From NCBI GenBank assembly GCA_030537525.1, contig JAUNVU010000019.1, positions 1 through 14,764 of the forward strand: 14,764 nucleotides of DNA. The letters run 5' to 3'. How positions within the stretch are numbered: position 1 is the first letter of the stretch; each line of letters starts with the position of its first letter. This stretch comes from Eubacteriales bacterium (GTDB lineage Bacteria; Bacillota; Clostridia; Saccharofermentanales; DTU023). Below, piece by piece: positions 1-6,326 of the stretch. The translations under genes and the position numbers were made by a program. The notes beneath the pieces were generated by a model. It ran no database searches, was not told the DNA's origin, and was given only the letters and a program-made list of their open reading frames with translations.

Positions 1-1
1 C

Positions 2-553
2 GACCACGATCATCACAGCCATGAGCTAGATGAGCACGTCTGGACCGATCCCGCCAATGCCATCAAGATAGTCAAGAAGTTGACGAAAGTGCTCTCAGAA
101 CTAGATCCAGCCAATGCCGACTTCTACCAGGAAAACAGTGAGAAGTACACAGCCAAATTGGCAAAACTCGATCAAGATTATAAAGAGATGGTGGCCAATG
201 CCAAGCGCGACACCATCATTGTCGGTGATCGCTTCCCCTTCCGCTACTTAGTAGAGGCCTATGGCCTGAAGTACTTCGCCGCCTTCCCTGGTTGTTCGAC
301 TGAAGGAGATGCGAGCCCACAGACTCTCGTCTTCTTAATTGACAAGGTCAAGGAAGAGCAGATTCCAGTGGTCTTCCATATCGAAATGTCAAATATGAAG
401 ATGGCTGAATCAATTGCCGATGCCACTGGTGCAGAGATCATGCTGCTCCACGGAGCCCACAATATCAGCAAAGAAGATTTCGAAAACGGCCTGAGCTATT
501 TAGCAATCATGAGCAACAATTTGGAGAATCTGCGTCACGCATTGAACGACTAA
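2..553 (+). CDS. Metal (zinc-type) ABC transporter substrate-binding protein, ZnuA/AdcA/TroA cluster-9 family; 5'-truncated at the window edge
   Basis: The reading frame is open from base 2 and runs into the listed ORF 80..553. The translation starts DHDHHSHELDEHVWTDPANA, a His/Asp/Glu-rich loop typical of Zn-specific ZnuA-type binding proteins. The C-terminal alpha/beta lobe sequence is family-typical. It lies directly upstream of an ABC ATPase and permease. Confidence 0.8.
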   Translation, partial: DHDHHSHELDEHVWTDPANAIKIVKKLTKVLSELDPANADFYQENSEKYTAKLAKLDQDYKEMVANAKRDTIIVGDRFPFRYLVEAYGLKYFAAFPGCSTEGDASPQTLVFLIDKVKEEQIPVVFHIEMSNMKMAESIADATGAEIMLLHGAHNISKEDFENGLSYLAIMSNNLENLRHALND

Positions 554-587
554 TTCGGTGGCGTAAGCGTAAATAGTGATAAAGAAG

Positions 588-621
588 CTGTCCCGGCTGC
601 TGTCTTGGCAGTCGGGTACAG
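588..621 (+). promoter_or_regulatory. Intergenic stem-loop between the binding-protein and ATPase genes. The stem is ~13 bp with one G-U pair; there is no U-tract.
   Basis: ctgtCCCGGCTGC-tgtcttg-GCAGTCGGGtacag. The 9-bp core stem CCCGGCTGC/GCAGTCGGG is extended by ctgt/acag. It is followed by tacagctatttctag, which is not T-rich. It could be an mRNA stability or partial-termination element giving excess binding-protein transcript. Confidence 0.3.
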
Positions 622-643
622 CTATTTCTAGAAAGAGAATAGA

Positions 644-1366
644 ATGCTCTTAAAATGTAGTAATTTAAGCTTCGCCTATGGCGGTAGAACAGTTCTAGAA
701 GATGTCAATTTCAGCCTGGAAAGCACTGATTACTTGGCAATTCTAGGCGAGAATGGCTCAGGCAAGTCCACCTTGATCAAGGGGCTACTCGGCTTGAAGA
801 CGCCAGAAGCAGGTCAGATCGACTATGCCGCTGGCCTCTCAGCTAAGGAAATCGGCTATCTACCGCAGCAGAGTGAAATTCAGCGAGACTTTCCCGCGAC
901 AGTACGCGAAATTGTTCTCTCGGGTAGGTTGAACAGTCTCGGCTGGCGGCCCTTCTACGGTCGTGAGGACAGACGGAAATTGAAGGAAATACTCGCCTTG
1001 TTGAAAATTGAAGAGCTCGAGAAGAAATCCTTCAGAGAATTATCTGGTGGTCAGCAGCAGCGTGTTTTACTTGCCAGGGCACTCCTTGCCAGCAAGCGAT
1101 TACTACTTCTAGATGAACCCCTAGCTGGTCTTGATCCCCTGGTTGCTGCCGACTTTTATCGCATTCTGGAAGAAGTTAACGCGAGTGGCATAGCCGTAAT
1201 CCTCGTAACTCATGATGTGGCGGCAATTGAACACAGGGCGAAGAAAATTTTACACTTGGCCAATAAGCAGCTCTATTTCGGACTGGCTGAAGAATACTTC
1301 GAGTCAGCACTGGGGAGGGCCTTCTTGGGTCTAGGTGAGGAGGATGGCCATGTTACAAATTTTTAG
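644..1366 (+). CDS. Metal ABC transporter ATP-binding protein (ZnuC/AdcC-like)
   Basis: Walker A motif GENGSGKST. ABC signature LSGGQQQR. Walker B motif LLLLDEP. Size is 240 aa. It overlaps the downstream permease gene, which suggests translational coupling. Confidence 0.9.
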   Translation: MLLKCSNLSFAYGGRTVLEDVNFSLESTDYLAILGENGSGKSTLIKGLLGLKTPEAGQIDYAAGLSAKEIGYLPQQSEIQRDFPATVREIVLSGRLNSLGWRPFYGREDRRKLKEILALLKIEELEKKSFRELSGGQQQRVLLARALLASKRLLLLDEPLAGLDPLVAADFYRILEEVNASGIAVILVTHDVAAIEHRAKKILHLANKQLYFGLAEEYFESALGRAFLGLGEEDGHVTNF

Positions 1367-2765
1367 AGAAATTCTAGCGTATCCCTTTCTGCTGAGGGCG
1401 GTCATCTGTGGCCTCCTGATTGCACTCTGCTCATCACTTCTCGGCGTGAGTTTGGTGCTCAAGCGCTACGCCATGATCGGTGACGGCCTGAGTCATGTGA
1501 GTTTCGGGGCGCTGTCACTATCCCTGGTCTTAGGCCTGGCACCGCTGACCTTCGCCATACCCATGGTTTTACTCGCTTCCTTCTTACTCCTGCGCCTCTC
1601 GGATAAATCAGATATCAGGGGAGATTCGGCCCTCGCCATGATCTCTTCTTCGGCTCTGGCCATCGGCGTCATCGCCGTTTCTTGGGGTCGGGGCATGTCG
1701 ACAGATATTTGCAATTATATGTTTGGCACCATATTAGCGACGACGAAGGAAGACGTCCGCCTGACGGCCATCCTCTCGCTGACCGTTATAAGCCTATTCA
1801 TCTTCTTCTACAATCGCCTCTTTGCGATTACCTTCGATGAAAATTTTGCAAAAGCCTCGGGCAGCCACGTCAATTTCTATAATATGCTGCTGGCGGCTTT
1901 GACCTCCGTGACCATAGTACTCGGCATGCGCCTAATGGGAGCCCTGCTCATCTCTGCTCTCATCATCTTCCCAGGCCTGTCGGCCATGCGGGTGTTTAAG
2001 AGTTTCAAGGCAGTCATCTCGGTATCGGCGATAATTTCGCTCGTGGCCTTCAGCCTCGGCTTCCTGGCTTCATACGCCCTGCAGACGCCGTCAGGAGCCT
2101 CGATTGTCGTGGTCAACCTCTTGATCTTCATAATCTTCTCCCTAATTGGCTATTTGAAGAAGAGTGGCAGAGGCTTCAAGAAGCAAGCTTCTCTACTGCT
2201 GGTCCTCGGTCTGGTCATCTGCTTAAGTGCCTGCCGGGCGAAGGAGCAGGCAGAACTACCTAAATTTGAGCTTGCGCAGCAGACGGGAGAAGGCGAGGTG
2301 CAAAAATATGACGAGCTAATTGATTTAGTTGAGAATCCATCAGAGACAGAGACACCAACTGTCCAGGTTTTAGAATTTCAGACTCTGCCAGAGCTTGCTG
2401 CTGGAGAAGAGCTCTATATTGACGAGAAGATGTACATTGGCTGGGTTCTAGACATCTATACGAATATTGATGACTATCTCGGCCGCCAGGTGAGAATTCG
2501 CGGCATGTTCCAGGAATTTGAGCAGCTCGGCGAGAAGAAGTACGTAGTTTTTCGCTTCGGCCCAGGTTGTTGCGGCGATGATGCTGGCATGTGTGGATTC
2601 GAGATAACTCTGCCAGAAGATACCGAGTTCAGCCTCGATTCCTGGATTGAAGTTCGTGGCGTGCTAGAGCGCTATAAGAGCAAGGACGGCCTGCAGTATC
2701 TGCGCATTGCGACAGAAGAAATTACCCAGGTTGAGCCTGAAAATCCCTATACTGCTCATTATTAA
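1350..2765 (+). CDS. Metal ABC transporter permease (ZnuB/AdcB-like, ~270 aa) fused in frame to a ~200-aa C-terminal Cys-rich extracytoplasmic domain
   Basis: The N-terminal ~270 aa are polytopic and hydrophobic with ZnuB-like spacing. The preferred start is ATG 1350, which sits 6 nt after GAGGAGG (1337-1343). The ORF track began at GTG 1335. Residues ~262-290 read KKSGRGFKKQASLLLVLGLVICLSAC, which is an n-region + h-region + lipobox (LSAC): a relic lipoprotein signal, now probably a final transmembrane helix. The C-terminal domain contains GPGCCGDDAGMCGF. Confidence 0.85.
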   Translation: MLQIFREILAYPFLLRAVICGLLIALCSSLLGVSLVLKRYAMIGDGLSHVSFGALSLSLVLGLAPLTFAIPMVLLASFLLLRLSDKSDIRGDSALAMISSSALAIGVIAVSWGRGMSTDICNYMFGTILATTKEDVRLTAILSLTVISLFIFFYNRLFAITFDENFAKASGSHVNFYNMLLAALTSVTIVLGMRLMGALLISALIIFPGLSAMRVFKSFKAVISVSAIISLVAFSLGFLASYALQTPSGASIVVVNLLIFIIFSLIGYLKKSGRGFKKQASLLLVLGLVICLSACRAKEQAELPKFELAQQTGEGEVQKYDELIDLVENPSETETPTVQVLEFQTLPELAAGEELYIDEKMYIGWVLDIYTNIDDYLGRQVRIRGMFQEFEQLGEKKYVVFRFGPGCCGDDAGMCGFEITLPEDTEFSLDSWIEVRGVLERYKSKDGLQYLRIATEEITQVEPENPYTAHY

Positions 2766-2958
2766 TTATTACTGACTACTGTATTAGGCTGGTAATAAGC
2801 CCTGAAAGCAGCTAGAGCAGAGTATATTTGAACTTCGGAAAGCGTCTTCAAATTAATTGGAGAGTAAATTTACCTAAAACTATTCAAATATATTAAAATA
2901 ATCTCAAGCTCTGTGAAATCAATCAGCAAATTAAGCATTAGAGCTGAAGGAGGTTAGC

Positions 2959-4239
2959 ATGGGATTAATTAAGGCCATGACTACTGCTCTGGGAACTAGC
3001 CTCGCAGATCAGTATAAGGAATTTTTCTACTGCGACTCATTGGACAAGAATGTCCTGATGGCAAAAGGCGTACCGCGTAAGGGTGCCCGCTCGCAGAATC
3101 GAGGCTCCGACAATATTATTTCTAACGGCTCGGCAATAGCTGTAGCCGATGGCCAGTGCATGATGATAGTGCAGCAAGGTGAGATAGTCGAGTTCTCAGC
3201 AGAGCCAGGAGAATACGTCTGGGAGGCCTCCGCAGAGCCCTCGGTATTCACAGGCAAGCTCGGCGAGTCCATAGTCGAATCCTTCAAGGTCTTCGGTCGT
3301 CGTATTACCTTCGGTGGTGATACTGCCCGGGACCAGAGAATCTACTACTTCAATATCAAGGAGATCACGGATAATAAATTTGGCACGCCAAATCCCGTTG
3401 CCTTCCGTGTTGTTGACCGTCAAATCGGCCTCGACATTGATATCTCCGTGCGCTGTAACGGCAGCTATTCATACCATATTGTGGATCCGATACTCTTTTA
3501 TAAGAATGTCGCTGGCAATGTCTCTGAAGCTTATTATCGAGAAGATATTGACGCCCAGATGAAGGCCGAGTTGATCCAGCAATTGAGTCCGGCTTTTGCC
3601 AAGATTTCTCAATTGGAAATTCGTCCTAATCAGCTGATGGCGAAGGGGCCGGAGATTGCCCAAGCACTGCAAGAACAGCTCTCTGAGACCTGGTCTAATT
3701 TGCGTGGAATTGAGATTGTCAGCGTCGGCTTGAATTCGGTCAGTATTCCGAAAGAGGATGAAGAACTCATTAAGCAGGCTCAGCGTGCCGCTATCTTCCG
3801 AGATCCCAATATGGCAGCAGCAGGTATTACCGCAGCACAGGCCGATGCCATGCGTGCAGCCGCTGCTAATGAGGGCGGTGCAGGTGCCATGGGTGCCTTC
3901 GTCGGCCTCGGTATGGCTAATCAAGCGGGCGGGGCCAATGCTGGCGACCTCTTCCGCCAAGCTCAGCAGCAGCCACAGGGACAGCAGATGCCGCAAGGCC
4001 AGCAGCCTCCCCAGGCTCAGCAGGCTGGCGTGGTCTACGGTCAAACTGGCGGATCTGCAAGTTGGCGCTGTGTCTGTGGCGCCTCCAATAATGGCAAATT
4101 CTGCACGAATTGTGGCCGTCCAGCGCCGCAAGCTGAGAGTTATAAATGCGATAAGTGCGGCTATGCCCCACCGGCTGGCGAGCGCCCGAATTTCTGTCCC
4201 GAATGTGGTGACAAGATTGACGAAGCCGACAAGGTCTAG
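2959..4239 (+). CDS. SPFH/band-7 (stomatin-prohibitin-flotillin) domain protein with C-terminal tandem zinc ribbons; B. subtilis YdjI-like (COG4260 type)
   Basis: The N-terminus MGLIKAMTTALGTSLADQYKEFFYCDS is characteristic of the YdjI/COG4260 family. There is a central SPFH-like region. A Q/A/G-rich low-complexity linker follows (QQQPQGQQMPQGQQPPQAQQ). Two C-terminal zinc ribbons are present: WRCVCG...CTNCG and YKCDKCG...CPECG. There is a strong RBS, GAAGGAGG, 6 nt upstream of the ATG. Confidence 0.85.
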   Translation: MGLIKAMTTALGTSLADQYKEFFYCDSLDKNVLMAKGVPRKGARSQNRGSDNIISNGSAIAVADGQCMMIVQQGEIVEFSAEPGEYVWEASAEPSVFTGKLGESIVESFKVFGRRITFGGDTARDQRIYYFNIKEITDNKFGTPNPVAFRVVDRQIGLDIDISVRCNGSYSYHIVDPILFYKNVAGNVSEAYYREDIDAQMKAELIQQLSPAFAKISQLEIRPNQLMAKGPEIAQALQEQLSETWSNLRGIEIVSVGLNSVSIPKEDEELIKQAQRAAIFRDPNMAAAGITAAQADAMRAAAANEGGAGAMGAFVGLGMANQAGGANAGDLFRQAQQQPQGQQMPQGQQPPQAQQAGVVYGQTGGSASWRCVCGASNNGKFCTNCGRPAPQAESYKCDKCGYAPPAGERPNFCPECGDKIDEADKV

Positions 4240-4275
4240 AGCTCTAGGCCTCGTCTAGGGTATAGAGAGCTGGCC

Positions 4276-5430
4276 ATGAGAGAGATACGTGAGTATGAAT
4301 GCCCGCGCTGTGGCGGTCGTGTTGAGTATGACCCCAAGTCGGGTCTCCTAGTCTGCCCATACTGTGGGGCTGAGTTTGAGCCTGAGGCTTTTGCCGAAAA
4401 ACTGGCAAAAGCCCAGCCTGTTGATACTGAGTCTCCTGCTGCGGAGACGGTGAGTTATGCAAGGGTGCCAGGCGAACAGCTAGAGCGGTGGAATCCCAGT
4501 GAGGAGCCTGGGCTGACCTCATATATTTGTGAGTCCTGCGGCGGTGAGATTATTGCCGATGTCAATAAGGCGGCCTTGCGTTGTCCTTACTGTGACAATC
4601 CCGTCTTGGTGCCGCGAAAGTTAGAGGCCCAGTACAAGCCCAATTATGTGATTCCGTTTCGTTTTAGCAAGGAGCAGGCGATCGAGGCATTTCGGCAACA
4701 CGCCAGTGCGCATAAGCTCGTACCAGACATCTTCAGTGCGAAGTCGCATCTCGAAGAGGTGCAGGGAATCTACCTGCCCTATTGGCTGATTTCGTGTCGG
4801 GCGAAGGCCAACTATGCCTTCGAGGCGAGTACAACAGAGAGTGTCAGGTCTGGTGACAGAATTTATACGACAGAGCGAATTTATGATGTCAAACGGCAGG
4901 GCGCGCTAAACTTCGAACAGATTCCCGTAGAGGCCAGCACGAAGCATTCCAGGGCGCTATTAGAGTCTCTGGAACCTTATGACTTCAGTCAATTACAGCC
5001 CTTTAATGAGGGTTATTTGGCGGGTTTTCTCGCCGACAAGTACGATCTTGAGGCCGAGGCCAGTGAGCCGAGGGCGAAGCAGCGCATACAGAAGACGATG
5101 GAGACGGCGTTTAATAAAACACTCAGTGATTATGAACGTTTTAGTCTGAGGGATATGGAGCTGAATTTGGATCAGATGAAGTTTGAGTATGCCTTGCTGC
5201 CTGTCTGGATTCTCAATACGCGCTGGCAAAACGAGCTCTACCACTTCGCTATGAACGGGCAGACGGGCAAGCTAATCGGTGACCTACCTGAAGATCGCAG
5301 CAAGGTTAGAAAGGCACGCTTAAAATACGGCTTGATCTACGCCTTGCTCGCCTTGCTTCTAGGCTACTTCCTCTTGCCATATCTCGTCCGTTTATTCCTC
5401 GTAAATAATTTGCTGGGGTATCTATTATGA
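4276..5430 (+). CDS. Membrane protein with two N-terminal zinc ribbons and a C-terminal transmembrane segment; YdjG-like partner of the SPFH protein
   Basis: CPRCGG...CPYCG and CESCGG...CPYCDN form two CxxC-x(n)-CxxC ribbons. There is a hydrophobic C-terminus (LIYALLALLLGYFLLPYLVRLFLV). It sits between the SPFH gene and the TPM gene, as in B. subtilis ydjGHI (gene order recalled from memory). Its stop overlaps the next start (ATGA). Confidence 0.7.
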   Translation: MREIREYECPRCGGRVEYDPKSGLLVCPYCGAEFEPEAFAEKLAKAQPVDTESPAAETVSYARVPGEQLERWNPSEEPGLTSYICESCGGEIIADVNKAALRCPYCDNPVLVPRKLEAQYKPNYVIPFRFSKEQAIEAFRQHASAHKLVPDIFSAKSHLEEVQGIYLPYWLISCRAKANYAFEASTTESVRSGDRIYTTERIYDVKRQGALNFEQIPVEASTKHSRALLESLEPYDFSQLQPFNEGYLAGFLADKYDLEAEASEPRAKQRIQKTMETAFNKTLSDYERFSLRDMELNLDQMKFEYALLPVWILNTRWQNELYHFAMNGQTGKLIGDLPEDRSKVRKARLKYGLIYALLALLLGYFLLPYLVRLFLVNNLLGYLL

Positions 5431-6272
5431 AGCGTATATTGACGATTTTTATCATATTCTTGCTTCTCATGATCCCTGCTGTCTGCTTGGCAGAGCAGCA
5501 AATTAGTGATGAACATCTTGGCAGTAAGCGTGAATTGCCAAGGGTCCTAGATGATGTGGGTATTCTCACAGAGCATGAATTGCAGCAGCTGAACGAGCAG
5601 TTTGATGCTATTTCTGCAAAGTACCAATGTGATGTGGCAGTTTACGTGACGGGCTCTCTATTTGGCTATACCGCAGAGAGCTATGCTGACGACTTCTTCG
5701 ACCACTTCGGCTACGGCTGGGGTGAGGCAGACGACGGCATACTTCTTTTAATTTCCACCGAGGCTAGAGACTGGCATATGACGACGCATAAATTTGCCAC
5801 CTACGCACTCAGCGATGCGGCCTTGGCGGCGGTTTTTGCCACTATCAAGGAGCCGCTGCGGCAAGACGAGTATTATGAGGCATTTTCGCTATTTGGCGAT
5901 GAGGTCGCTCGCTACCTGAAGGCTGCTAGAGCGGGTAAGCCACTGGATCCGCAGGCCGAAGCCGCGAAGCGGATGGGCCATATCGGCGCCCTCCTGGCGA
6001 GCTTGTTATTCGGTTCCTATGGAGCTGTCGGCAAGGTCAACGCTCAGCGGCGGCGCTTAAAATCTATCTTCCTCGCCCATGATGCTAGGAATCATGCACG
6101 CCTTGATACGGCAGCCCTAATGGGCAGAGAAGATAGAATTGTCGATGTCAGGCGCAGAGTCACTGAAATTCCTCGGAATACTGGTTCTAAGGGTAGCGGC
6201 ATAAGCTCTGGATCGAGTACCCATATTAGTTCGTCAGGGCGCAGTCACGGCGGCAGAGGTGGGAAGTTCTAA
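5427..6272 (+). CDS. TPM-domain (UPF0603/TLP18.3-like) membrane protein; YdjH-like
   Basis: Signal or transmembrane segment MKRILTIFIIFLLLMIPAVCLA. TPM-domain motifs are present: LDDVGILTEHELQQLNEQ...DVAVYV...GWGEADDGILLLISTEARDWHMTT. A second transmembrane segment follows (IGALLASLLFGSYGAV). The Gly/Ser-rich C-terminal tail (GSKGSGISSGSSTHISSSGRSHGGRGG) is typical of TPM proteins. Confidence 0.85.
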   Translation: MKRILTIFIIFLLLMIPAVCLAEQQISDEHLGSKRELPRVLDDVGILTEHELQQLNEQFDAISAKYQCDVAVYVTGSLFGYTAESYADDFFDHFGYGWGEADDGILLLISTEARDWHMTTHKFATYALSDAALAAVFATIKEPLRQDEYYEAFSLFGDEVARYLKAARAGKPLDPQAEAAKRMGHIGALLASLLFGSYGAVGKVNAQRRRLKSIFLAHDARNHARLDTAALMGREDRIVDVRRRVTEIPRNTGSKGSGISSGSSTHISSSGRSHGGRGGKF

Positions 6273-6295
6273 TTATTGAAATCAGGACGAATTTA

Positions 6296-6324
6296 ATAAG
6301 CGGCGAACTGCCGCTTATTTTTTT
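6296..6324 (+). terminator. Rho-independent terminator between convergent genes; strong on the + strand and possibly weakly bidirectional
   Basis: ATAAGCGGC-gaact-GCCGCTTAT forms a perfect 9-bp stem with a 5-nt loop, followed by TTTTTT. It lies 24 nt after the TPM gene stop and 2 nt from the stop of the minus-strand ATPase. Confidence 0.8.
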
Positions 6325-6326
6325 GT

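Noticed and set aside
554-643. Zur-box or AdcR-box between the znuA-like and znuC-like genes
   Set aside because: There is no match to AAATCGTAATnATTACGATTT-like or TTAACnnGTTAA-like sequence. Only a GC-rich hairpin is present.
2766-2840. A terminator after the permease-fusion gene
   Set aside because: Only a 5-bp stem (AGGCT...AGCCT) with no U-tract. That is not convincing. The SPFH operon may be read through from upstream, or it may use the AT-rich promoter region at ~2860-2900.
3469-4131. A 220-aa minus-strand ORF, plus other antisense ORFs (3027-3287, 3196-3423, 3917-4171, 3314-3562 +, 3758-4258 +), inside the SPFH gene
   Set aside because: They lie entirely within or antisense to a well-supported CDS. 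They have no RBS and give Arg/Ser/Leu-rich, low-complexity translations typical of out-of-frame reading.
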